A stretch of DNA of 64,000 nucleotides from Eledone cirrhosa. Taxonomy: Eukaryota. Shown here piece after piece: positions 14,137 through 28,507 of this stretch. Each line of letters begins with the position of its first letter. The first letter of the stretch is position 1. The DNA lies in the NCBI GenBank assembly GCA_964016885.1, contig OZ024741.1:167028001-167092000 (forward strand), read 5' to 3'. Both the position numbers and the translations under genes were made by a program. Below the pieces are notes generated by a model. That model ran no database searches, was not told the origin of the DNA, and was given only the letters and a program-made list of their open reading frames with translations.

Positions 14137-14367
14137 TATTTAATTAGAAAGTGAACAACACAAAATATAACTACTCCATTACCAAAGGTTTCTGGATCAC
14201 AGACGATAATAATATAGACGTCTGGATCGCTCGTCAGACAAAGATGTTATCACAGATAACATCTCTGTCTGACGAACAGAGATGTTATATATTATTATCG
14301 TCTGTGATCCAGAAACCTTCGGTAATGGAGTAGTTATATTTTGTGTTGTTCACTTTCTAATTAAATA
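14137..14367. repeat. Fold-back carrying hammerhead motifs on both strands
   Basis: Outer arms ~80 bp plus an inner hairpin centred near 14252. Confidence 0.9.
14174..14243 (-). ncRNA. Type-I hammerhead motif (family H2)
   Basis: CTTTGT-CTGACGA-stem II (GATC.CAGACG / CGTCTG.T.GATC)-GAAA-CC(TTT)GG-TA-ATGGAG; rearranged twin on + at 14263-14330; diverged relative at 15047-15115 (minus). Confidence 0.65.
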
Positions 14368-14425
14368 GCTCTGTTCTATACATAGAGCACTCTTATTTCC
14401 TTTGTTTTTCCTTTGGAATTGTGTA

Positions 14426-14477
<52 letters not shown>

Positions 14478-14683
14478 CGAAGGAAATGTGGTAAGGAACC
14501 AGATGGACCATAACGCACCAAAGTACTCAATACTTAGGGTAGTAGAGTGGGTAATAGGAACAAGTAGGACCCCGACGGCTGAGCTCAAGCCGTTTCGACG
14601 GTTAATTCTGGACTAAATTTTTAGTCCAGAATTAGCCGTCGAAACGGCTTGAGCTCAGCCGTCGGGGTCCTACTTGTTCCTAT
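14478..14683. repeat. Small TA-flanked element with terminal 64-bp fold-back (14554-14683)
   Basis: Arms complementary with one mismatch; second copy of the element at ~45366-45502. Confidence 0.88.
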
Positions 14684-14700
14684 ATATATATATATATATA

Positions 14701-14980
14701 TACGGGGTAACAAATTATTGTTATAGGTAGTCCACTTAGGTGTAGTCCAGTTATGGTACTCCGGGTAGTGGATGATATCAACGCTTGGCTAAGTTTGACT
14801 CAACCAGTCAAATTCTCACAAGCTCCGATGAACTGATTGGTTATAACTTTGTATTGGCGATCGAGTAACGTGAAAATAAGCGGATAGCGATCTCTAGACC
14901 TACCAGCTCAGAGAAACAATTGTCAGCAATGAGATTAAAAACCATTTTTGTATAGCAAACCGTGTCACTCTTCTTTCCTG

Positions 14981-14985
<5 letters not shown>
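14701..14985 (+). mobile_element. ~285-bp (TA)n-embedded element with extended hammerhead-like motif (family H3)
   Basis: (TA)n on both sides; inverted copy at 34678-34920; GCT-CCGATGA...GAAAC-AATT-GTC-AGC at 14822-14927. Confidence 0.75.
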
Positions 14986-15023
<38 letters not shown>

Positions 15024-15342
15024 CATAATAAACAACACAATATAATTATTCCATTACGAAAGTTTTCAGGAGACAATCCTTACAGAAACGTCCAGCTCGT
15101 TCATCAGATGAAATAGTTATGTGTTGAATATAAGATTTGAAATAAATATCTATTAAAAATGAAAGTGAAGGTGAGTTAAAATAACATCTTATAACGGGAA
15201 AAAAAAATATATACATGTACATACACATTTAAATATACATATATGTAGACACATTAAAATACATGCGCGTATCTATACGTACATCCAATTACATTCTTAC
15301 ATAAGTATATACAAGCATCAACCACATATTCACACATACATG

Positions 15343-15435
<93 letters not shown>

Positions 15436-15471
15436 GTATATATGTATATATGTATACATATATATATACAT

Positions 15472-16081
15472 ATGGTGGCTGCCAACTCGTTTTCGAGTAC
15501 GGCCACTACTTTATATCCGTGTAGGAGAACCCCTACCGATGCGCTGAACAAGTGTGACTTTTTAGTCCAGCCAGTGACTTGAAAACTCTGGTACAAACAC
15601 TACACTTGTAACAATTATTGACACATAGTGCTGGGCCCATGGTACCATATGACGACAAGTGCAGAGAGATCTCCAGATATAAAGCAATGCCTGTGCCGTG
15701 AAGCTTTTATAGTGAGCAAAGGCACTGCACAAAGCCAGTCCCACTCTCTTAACCAAGATGATATTTACCAAAAACAAGAACAAGTCAACATCATTGGATA
15801 CCATCAGGGTTGCAGGTGTTATATCAGAGTTTTCCTTCTCCTAGAATTCTGCTTTGACAAAGACTAAGGGGTCATCTCTCCCGGTGATTTTGGATGGCCA
15901 TTGACTCTTAAGAGCTCCTTTGCCCTTTGACAGGTTTTGTTTTTAGTCCTGCAGGATGTCCAAAGTCACCCTCCTCACCAAGAAACCTTGGTGGGGTTGC
16001 CAGTTTAGTCGCCAACGACCCGACCATGAGACAGGTTGTACTGGGAAACATGTTACCAGTAGCACCAACTGGTGACCTGAC
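15472..16081 (-). mobile_element. RTE-related non-autonomous retroelement
   Basis: Shares the GACCCC..CTTTGTCA..TTCTAGGAGAAGG..CTCTGATATAA block and the GGCAGCCA end with 5330-5682. Confidence 0.55.
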
Positions 16082-16099
16082 ACATATAAATACATACAT

Positions 16100-16708
<609 letters not shown>

Positions 16709-16772
16709 ACATATATATATATTGGAAAAAAAACGTTTTCTAAAAAGAGCTATACTTGTGCACGTGCGTAAG

Positions 16773-16870
<98 letters not shown>

Positions 16871-17017
16871 ATTCCATTTCAGCGCGCTCCAACATCCTCT
16901 TTTCTAAAAAAATAAATCATACACAAAACGCCAGCACCAACAGTTGTCAACATGAATGGACCTGTTATTTTTATCTAAACACGCCCGTCCCCTCCATCTA
17001 TCTTATTTCTCATTCTT

Positions 17018-17053
17018 TCTTCTGATGAAGGACTAGCGTCCGAAACGTTAAGA
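17018..17053 (+). ncRNA. Minimal type-I hammerhead motif (family H1, best copy)
   Basis: TCTT-CTGATGA-A-GGAC(TAGC)GTCC-GAAA-CG-TT-AAGA; palindromic AACGTT stem III. Confidence 0.7.
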
Positions 17054-17145
17054 TCCTGTTCCTGCTATATCAAGCGTTAACCAAATATACCCCTTCCATA
17101 TATTGTAACGATTGTGTTGTTATTTCTGTTTACCATTTACATACA

Positions 17146-17179
<34 letters not shown>

Positions 17180-17185
<6 letters not shown>

Positions 17186-20100
17186 GATGTGTGTGTTAAG
17201 GTGTGTAACGGATTCACGTCCACAATTTCCAACGGATTCTATTCAAAGTCGGGACAATTATTGCTTTTGGTCAGGAAAAGGTCATGAAGCAAAAATATTT
17301 CAAATCCATCAACAAGAAGGGCAAAAATTGATCATGATCATTCCCCCTCTTTATAATTTAACTGCTTTACTCTCTCTGTCGCTCTTCACTCCCTATATGA
17401 CAACACCGCAGAGAGAGAAACAATGTTTATGATCAAATGGAGCGTTCCATATATTCCCTCTCACTATAATTTAAATTCTTTACTCTCTCTGTCGCTCTTC
17501 ACTGCCTATATGACAACACTGCAGTGGAGCGTTCCGTATTGAGCGTTCCGTACTGAGATACGGCTTATCTGGGGCATTTTCAACCAGCCTATTGCAAATA
17601 ACAACCCGCAAAATAACACTTCATATAACAGATTAATGCTATAGACATATGAATCGGAATGTAACCCCTGAACCTTTTCCTGGGCAAAATTATTCGAACA
17701 GACATGACCTCATTGCCAGAGTGTTCAGACTGAAACTGGCTAAACTCATGGCTTTAATCAAAAAGGGTCAGGTATTTGGGGCTGTAAAATGTGACATGTT
17801 GACCGTCGAATGGCAAAAACGAGGGCTGCCACATGCTCACATTTTGATTTGGTTAGCTGATAAAATCAATTCAAATGCCATAGACAGCTTCATTTCGGCT
17901 GAAATCCCTAACCCAGCAACTGACCAGGAATTACATGACATCGTCCAATCTAACATGGTCCGTGTGCGTCGGGTCCTAATGAGCATCAGACGTGTCTGAA
18001 AGGGGGGTCGTGCGGTAAGGGATACCCAAAAAAATTTGTTGACCAGACTCAGTAAAGGGAGGTCAAGTCGACAATAGATGGGTGGTCCTTTACTGCCAGC
18101 TTCTCTTGAAGATGTTCAACGCCCACATCAACATTGACTTTTGCAACTCCGTCAAGTCGATAAAATACATATGCAAATATGTAAATAAGGGCTCTGATGC
18201 CGCAATGTTCGCATTTCAAACAGAAAATAGCAGGGACGAGGTCACAGAATACCTGGCGGGGCGATACATCAGTAGCAATGAATCTTTTTGGCGCCTATTT
18301 GGTTTACCCTTACACCAACGGTACCCCGCCATTGTACAGCTTGCGGTACATTTTGAAAATGGGCAAAGGGTTTACTTTACGGACCAAACCGCCGCCAACT
18401 TGGCCGCCGATCCGAAAGAGACCACTCTGGCGGGTTTCTTCAAACTTTGCCTGTTCGATACATTTGCGCAAACAATTGTGTACCCCCAGGTTCCATCCCA
18501 CTTTATATAGTCGAAAAACACTTGGGTGCGAAGAAAGTCAGGTCAGACATCCTGGTGTAAAATTTGACAGCTGTCTTGGAAGGGTTTACACTGTGCCCCC
18601 AAGTCAGCATGAGTGCTTTCATCTCCGCCTTCTTCTGCATGAAGTTGTAGGCCCACAAAGTTTTCAGGACATCAAAACTGTTGATGGAGAAATATATGAT
18701 ACGTACCGGGAAGCCTGCTTTAAGCGTGGTCTTTTGGTTGATTCGCAATGGGATTCCACTTTAGCAGAGGGTGCTTTGTTGAAATCACCTAAAGGTCTAC
18801 GGGAACTCTTTGCCATTTTGCTTCAAAAGTGAGTTGGCGGCGTATGGCTTGCCGTCAATCGTCAGAGAGGAAGCTAACACGTTGGCCCCGGATTTGTTGC
18901 GGGAAACAGCATATGAGATCGAATCTCTTTCCCAATACTTAGAGGAAAATGAGCCCAAACTTCTGTCGGACCAAAGGTTGGCCTATTTAACTACCATTGA
19001 CGCGGTTCAAAATCAAACTGGGGGTATTTACTTTCTCGATGCTCCTGGGGGTACCGGAAAAACTTTTGTAACGAAATTGATTCTCGCTAAGATTCGTCAG
19101 GAGAAAAAAATTGCGTTGGCCGTTGCATCGTCCGGGATCGCTGCTACGTTGCTGCCGGTAGGCAGGACAGCACATTCAACCTTTAAACTCCCCTTGGATT
19201 TAATAAAAACTGAGACACCAACATGCAATATCAGCAAGAGTTCACACGAAGCTCTGGTTCTCAAAAAATGTTGCCTCATTGTTTGGGATGAGTGCACAAT
19301 GGCACACAAGGGTGCCCTTGAGGCATTGGACAGGACCCTGAGAGACATTAGGGATTCTACGGCTCCTATGGGTGGCGTAACCCTTCTGCTATCAGGGGAT
19401 TTTCGGCAAACGCTGCCTGTCAACCCCAAAGGGACAGGAGCTGATGAAGTGCGTGCCTGTCTTAAGTCGTCCATGTTGTGGCTCCAGTTGAAGAGTCTGT
19501 ACCGGATCACAAATATGCGTGCTCATTTGCATGGTGACAACATGTCTGCAGCATTTGCACAGAACATTTTAGCACTTGGTGAGGGCAAGGTCCCTGCGGA
19601 TGACAAGGGCGGTATAGCAATCGACTCCCTGTGCAACATTGTGAGCAGCCCTTCTGACCTTTGGGAAACAGTTTTTCCTAATGTCTCATCTAACTTTAAA
19701 AACCTCGATTGGCTCAGCGAAAGAGCCATCCTTGCTCCGAAAAATACCATGGTTAATTTTATTAACGAGCAGCTGATTTAGAAAATTCCCGGTAAAGAAC
19801 ACATCTTCAAATCTATCGACCGGACGTCAGACCCCGACGATATCGTTAATTATCCGGTTGAGTTATTAAATTCCCTTGAGCCACAAGGGCTCCCACCTCA
19901 CATTCTTAAGCTTAGGGTTGGCTGTCCCATTATGCTAATAAAGAACTTGCGTCCACCAAAGCAGTACAACGGTACTCTCATGGTCGTCAAGTCACTGACG
20001 CCCCACTTGATTGAGGCCACCATTGTAACGGGGCGCGGGAGAGGGGAGAATGTTTTCATTCCAAGGATGAACCTTTTCCCCTCGGCGTCAGATATCCCGT

Positions 20101-20635
20101 TCGATTACCGGCGATCCCAATTCCCGGTGAGCCTATGTTTTGCCATGTCCATTAACAAGTTACAAGGGCAAACATTGTCGGTGGCGGGCATCCATTTGGG
20201 GGAGTCATGCTCTCCCATGGCCAACTTTATGTTGCCTGTTCCCGCGTAGGGAACAGGAATGGACTTTATGCTTACACTCCTCAAGGGATGACACGCAATA
20301 TCGTCTACAAAGATGTGCTATAGATGTTGGTGCAGGTGTTGGAGGTGTTGGAGCTATGCCGTCTGGAAAACTGGTAGGGTCACCCATGGCGGACAGATCT
20401 GACACCCAGTGGCATCAGGGCCACCATCTTGCAACTTTGGTCTAATAAATTCGCTATTGGAAGATTATTAACCCATCATTGATTGTCCAAAATACTAATT
20501 AGTTCGTAACTTTTAATAACCGTTTCAACTGCTTTATTTAATTGATAAGCTTATTCGATTTCAAGCCACGTTTACCTGTATGTAACTTTTCATAGCAAAT
20601 GAACAAACCCGAGGAATGCTGGGCTAAACTGTTAG
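17180..20635 (+). mobile_element. Helitron (decayed, Rep/PIF1-helicase coding)
   Basis: HUH motif VEWQKRGLPHAH, KYICKYVNKG, PIF1 motifs; 3' hairpin CCCGAGGAATGCTGGG + TTAG/T; 5' end approximate (lies in a TA run). Confidence 0.92.
17649..20323 (+). pseudogene. Helitron RepHel pseudogene
   Basis: ORFs 17649-17999, 18082-18510, 18810-19781 (DAPGGTGKT, WDE, GDFRQ), 19932-20249 (FAMSINKLQGQT); SHGQLYVACSRV..NIVYKDVL* in a shifted frame; stops and frameshifts. Confidence 0.92.
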
Positions 20636-20984
20636 TATATATATATATATATATATATTCTGGCAGAATTTATATTTGTATATATATTTATATATATATA
20701 CAAATATAAATTCTGCCAGAATCGCATTTCGGCGGGTAGAAATAAGCGAAACGCAATTTCCGATTTGTGTTGGCAAGCGCTCCATGGACCAAAAGAGACC
20801 AGTGCAATAAACATATTTTGTAAAGGCCATACAAACTGAGACGGCGGTTAAGAAGCTATCAACCACCTAAGCCAAAAAAAAATGAAGCAAGCTAAACGGG
20901 TCAAATAAAATAAATGAATGAAATACATATATATTTATATATGTATATATGAATATGTATATATTCCTCTTCCTCTTTCTCCCG

Positions 20985-21059
<75 letters not shown>

Positions 21060-21083
21060 ATAGAGGTTTAACACACAAATTAT

Positions 21084-21571
<488 letters not shown>

Positions 21572-21635
21572 CATATATATATTTATTATATATATATATA
21601 TTATATATATATATATATTATATATATATATATAT

Positions 21636-21726
21636 AATATCAATAATATTAATAAATGGAAAATATCTTTATAAAACCATATTTATTTTATAAAGATATT
21701 TTCCATTTATTAATATTATTGATATT
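21636..21726. repeat. Fold-back, 41-bp arms; same family as 5030-5227
   Basis: AAATGGAAA....TTTATAAAACCATATTTAT shared. Confidence 0.85.
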
Positions 21727-21785
21727 GATGATACTCCGGATAAATGCCGTTTAGTGCTTCTAATCTGTTGTAAAATTAACTCATT

Positions 21786-21819
<34 letters not shown>

Positions 21820-21929
21820 TAAAACATGTCTATAGAATCTGATTATTTAATTTATTAATTTTTCATTGAGCCACAAAGTGACCCGTTGCAAAACACGTAT
21901 ATGTATATATATGTATATATATATGTAAA

Positions 21930-21968
<39 letters not shown>

Positions 21969-22312
21969 GAATAATCGAGTATCGAAAAATCGGCGCACGA
22001 GTTCACGATAAACAAAATTCGAGATGAGCGGCAGAGGGCTCTATAATTCAAATAAATTAGAGCTATAACTATCGTTAAATACCGTCACACGTAGAATATG
22101 TCTACAATCAACCAAATAACCGATAAGTTCGATATGGAAGATTCGGGACACTCAGATAAATTATCAATAAATCAATAAATGAAATGAATGTAAAATGCAT
22201 ACCCGGACCCACTAGAGAGATGGAATATCTAGCTTCTTGGGTTTCTGTAAATCCTTAAACCGTCATCTATCAGCTCATATAAAAATATAAGACTTACAGA
22301 TGCCGGGGGACT

Positions 22313-22394
<82 letters not shown>

Positions 22395-22668
22395 ATATAT
22401 ATATATACATATATATAACCAAAAGTTTATATGGTACGCTGATTTTTCAACGAATTAATTTTTACAACAGATTAGGAGCACTCGACACCAATTTATCCAC
22501 ATTGAAGGATCAAGACCATAGCGGTATGTCGAATAACCAATTTCTTGTATTTTATCTGATGAAAGCGTACTCAAAAATTACTGAACCCTTGAAATATATA
22601 TAATTAAATATATACTTTGGTTATGTGAAATTATTTCTCATTTATTAATATTTTGAATATATATATAT

Positions 22669-23210
22669 ATAAGTATGTATACGTACATATATATATGTAT
22701 ACAGACGTACAGTAGTATGTATATACATACATGCACATATATATATATATATATATATGTACGTATGGGTTTACCGAACATTTATTATAATTCTCGGTTT
22801 GTTTGTAAACAAATAGCCCGAATTATTAGCCGTACAGTGTTCGGCAACCATCGTTGCCATTTTGTTCAACACTGACAAAGGAACGATGAACTATTTTCTA
22901 GCTTATTAACTGTCATCAGCAGCACCGTATACCTTCCTGTCAGTTGATTGAACGTTTGAAAGTATATACTTTCCTTGCATATTAACGGCTGAGCAGCCTA
23001 ATTTGCATATCGAGTGAGTTAGTCAGCCGGACGTACCGAAAACGATATATGTGTGCATGTATGTATGTATATACATACTACTGTACGTCTTTATACATAT
23101 ATGTATGTACGTATACATACTTATATTTAAGTATCAGCCGTACTAAGAGTGAGAAATGAAATTTCATTTTTTCCATTTATCGTTTTCGGTACGCCCGGCC
23201 GACTAACTCA
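22669..23210. mobile_element. Hammerhead-bearing ~430-bp repeat (family H4), internally inverted copy
   Basis: Minus-strand segment 22669-23046 joined to plus-strand segment 23047-23210; homologous to 39301-39999 and 54076-54675; degenerate hammerhead ~22883-22928 (minus). Confidence 0.8.
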
Positions 23211-23214
23211 GAAT

Positions 23215-23705
23215 TGGGGTTAAATGTGGAAGATCTGTGCTTAAATTTGTAAAATATGTGGTTAAATGTAAAAGATGGCAAAACCAATGTTTAAATGTGG
23301 AATACTTGTGGTTAAACGTGGAAGATTTTGGTTAAATGTGGAAGATTTTGGTTAAATATGGAAGATCTGTGGTTAAATGTGGAAGATATGTGGTTAAATG
23401 TGGAAGATTTTGGTTAAATGTGGAAGACCTGTGGTTAAATGTGGAAGATATGTGGTTAAACGTGGAAGATATGTGGTTAAATGTGGAAGAATTGTGATTA
23501 AAACTAGAAGACCTATGGTCAAATGTGCAAGACCTATGGTTAAATGTGGAAAACTTATGATTAAATATGGAAGGCCTGTGGAAGAATTGTGGTTAAATGT
23601 GAAAGAATTGTAGTTAAATATGGAAGTCCTGTGATTAAATGCAGAAGACCTTTGATAAAATATGGAAGACCTGGGGAAGACCTGGGGAAGACCTGGGGAA
23701 GACCT
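23215..23705. repeat. 22-bp minisatellite (GTGGTTAAATGTGGAAGAnnT-like)
   Basis: About 20 degenerate units. Confidence 0.9.
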
Positions 23706-23861
23706 GAATTTCTATAAAGTTTCATAGAATCTTAATATCTCGTGACATTACAATCGCGATTTTACTGAATACGCAAAAATGCGACTCGACCTTCATTTAA
23801 TTCCTGCTGATAAAATTCATGGCTGTACTTTTTACTAAATCGGTCAGTTTTCGCAGAAAAA

Positions 23862-25835
<1,974 letters not shown>

Positions 25836-26297
25836 AATTATGACGTTTAAAAAGAGAAACAAGTAAATGAAAACGAAATATTTATAGTCAGGTTCAAGAC
25901 CCAGACATTCCTTGGAAGAAGATAACATTTGATAAAGAGAGAAAGAAGGAAAATAGTTTGAGGAAGAAAGTAGAAAAACACATTTTAGAAGATATTAAAT
26001 ATATAAAGAGGGAAGTAATGAGAATCGGGCAAGCGCTGAACTAAATACTTTATATAGTATTATGTTGTGTTCAGATTATATTCTGAGTTAAAACTCAACG
26101 TTGATTTTATAGAAATTTTAGAACTACGCAAAACTTTGAAGCAGGTGCCGTAGCCTGGTGTTTGCTGACCTGTCAACTCTTCTCGTCCGACGGGGAGATC
26201 TCCCACCCACATTGGGCTGGATGAGAGATGCCTTGTCTTGTGAAAATGGGTATAGCTTTCATTCTGTTAGATCTCCCCATTTTACCTAATTTCTTAC

Positions 26298-26408
26298 CGT
26301 TTTGGGGCATTTAACTTTGCCTTTCATCCTTAAGGGGTCGATAAAATAAAGTACCAGTAATACACTGGGATAATTGCTGGCCTTGTGCCAAAAGTAGAAA
26401 CAATTATT
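26298..26408 (+). mobile_element. 5'-truncated SINE (family of 3316)
   Basis: Core and tail match. Confidence 0.8.
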
Positions 26409-26513
26409 TTTCATGGTACTCCCCGTTTGGGTTTTTTGAGGTTGGCGGGTCTGCATTTGTAATGTCGATTTTAAACATTTTATGAGTGTTTTAAATTTTC
26501 GAACCATCACTGA

Positions 26514-26680
26514 CCGTATTTCCCGACGTCGAAGACGCTACTTTTTTCCTAAAATAAGCCTAAAAAATCTACTATGCATCCTGGGGGCCGAAGGTTGTTT
26601 ATTATTTTTTTCTAATTTTTGGTTGTCAAAATTAGGGTGCGTCCTCGAGGACGAAGCGTCTTCGGCGCCGGGAAATACGG
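26514..26680. mobile_element. Tc1/pogo-type MITE
   Basis: TIR CCGTATTTCCCG.CGTCGAAGACGC; second copy at 37513-37680. Confidence 0.85.
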
Positions 26681-26837
26681 TACTATGTCAGCACATGTAC
26701 TGATTGATACAAAATAGAAACTTATTGCGCAAAATTAGAATTTAACTGCACAAGCAGGAATCAATTTCAGATTAAATTAATCAGTTACAACTACATAAGG
26801 GTTAACATTAAATGTTATCTTTATTTATGTTGTTTAG

Positions 26838-27050
26838 CGCCGGGTCAGCCTTGATTCAACTGACAGATCTATGCTTAACCCCTTGTCAATGCAGACCTAT
26901 GTTTACGCTCAGGTCAGCTTTTATCCAGCTGAAACACATATGTTTAACCCCAGGTCAGCTTTTATTCAGTTGGCAGACATATGTTTATGCCCCGGTCAGC
27001 TGGAAGACATATGTTTAACTCAAGGTAGCTTTGATCCAGTAGACAGAGTG
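26838..27050. repeat. ~39-bp degenerate minisatellite
   Basis: GGTCAGCTTTTATCCAGCTG..GACATATGTTTAAC units. Confidence 0.75.
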
Positions 27051-27444
27051 TTTAATTATTGATGGGGTCAAAGTGTTTAATTATTGATGGGGTCCTTGGG
27101 GCGCTATCTCTGACAAACATGTGGATATTTTAAACCTGGTGGATCCCATCCCTCACCAGGCTGGAGAAAGTGAGTGAGAAAGAGTGATACAGGAAGATTC
27201 GACCCCAATTTTTGACTGATACTTTTATTTATCAACCTCGAAAGGATGAAATGTAAAGTTGACCTCAGTGGGGCTTGAATTCAAAGCGCAGTGAACAGGA
27301 ACGAAAACCGAGGTACGTTTAATCCGACACCCTGTATGTACCTAAGTTCGAGAGAGCACGAGTGTATATGTATGTGTGCATGTATCTGTGTGTGTATGTG
27401 TATGCTCGTGTATATCTGTATGAGTGTGGGCGTGCATGTATATA

Positions 27445-28324
27445 CGAGGTGTGTCAGAAAAGTTCCAAGACTGATGTCACAAAAAGATTTATTTCAAACC
27501 CAAACTTCACACTAAGTAATCCCCTTGGAGTCTAATGCACTTTTCCATCCTTTTCTGCCACGCTTGCATGCACTCCTGGAAGGATTCTTCCGGGATCCTC
27601 CGCAGTTCCGTCGTCACGGCCTTTTTGATGTCGTCCACGTCTTCAAAACGGGTCCCCTCCGGGTCGTACTCGAAGATCCATGACTCATCACCGGTGATGA
27701 CTGTCCCTAGCAAGTCTGGTTCGGTTTCAAGACGCTCAAGGATGTCCTGGCACACTTGCATGCGTCGACCCTTCTGGTCACTGTTCAGCAGTTTTAGCAC
27801 CATCTTCGCGCAGACTTTCCGCATGTCCAAATCTTCAGTGAGAATCTTCCAGACGCTGTCCCGATTCATGCCCAGCTCATTTGCCATCAGTCGAACAGTC
27901 AGCCGACGATCGCTACGCACCATCTTCCTGACGCGCTCAACGTTGACCTCAGTCCTGGTTGTTGAGGGCCTTTCCGTTCCTGGGGTCATCTCCCAGTCCT
28001 CGCATCCTTCTTTAAACCTCTTGCACCACTCAAAAACACGTGAGCGTGACATCGTCTCATCTTCATACACTTGCTGCAGCAATCCCAGTGCTTCTGACGG
28101 AGTTTTCAAGTTTGTTCGTTGCTCTGTGCTCATTGCTTGACGACCTGAAACAGAGGACATGTATATAAAATTATGAAGAAAACAGTTTGATCGCTGCAGA
28201 GAGCTAAGATTACAGTTACATACTCCAGGGGGATTACTTTGAAGGAAAAAACTCTTAGTGTGAAGTTTGGGTTTGAAATAAATTTTTTGTGACATCAGTC
28301 CTGGAAATTTTCTGACACACCTCG
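27445..28324 (-). mobile_element. Mariner DNA transposon, internally deleted
   Basis: ~72-bp TIRs (27445-27516, 28254-28324), TA target duplication on both sides. Confidence 0.95.
27507..28133 (-). pseudogene. Mariner transposase lacking most of the DD34D core
   Basis: HTH region (MSRSRVFEWCKRFKEG, DRRLTVR), then ITGDESWIFEYDPE fused directly to GTRFEDVDDIK...QGDY. Confidence 0.88.
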
Positions 28325-28507
28325 TATGTGTATATGTGTTTATATGTGTATGTGTGTATGTCTGTGATTGTGTATATGTATGTGTTTGTATGTGTGTTTA
28401 TGTCTATGCATGTCTTTGCATGTATGTACGAGGAATGTTCAAGTTGAGTATCTGCAAAAGAATTCGTATGAGTGGGTGTGAAATCACCGAAACACATTGA
28501 TGTCACC

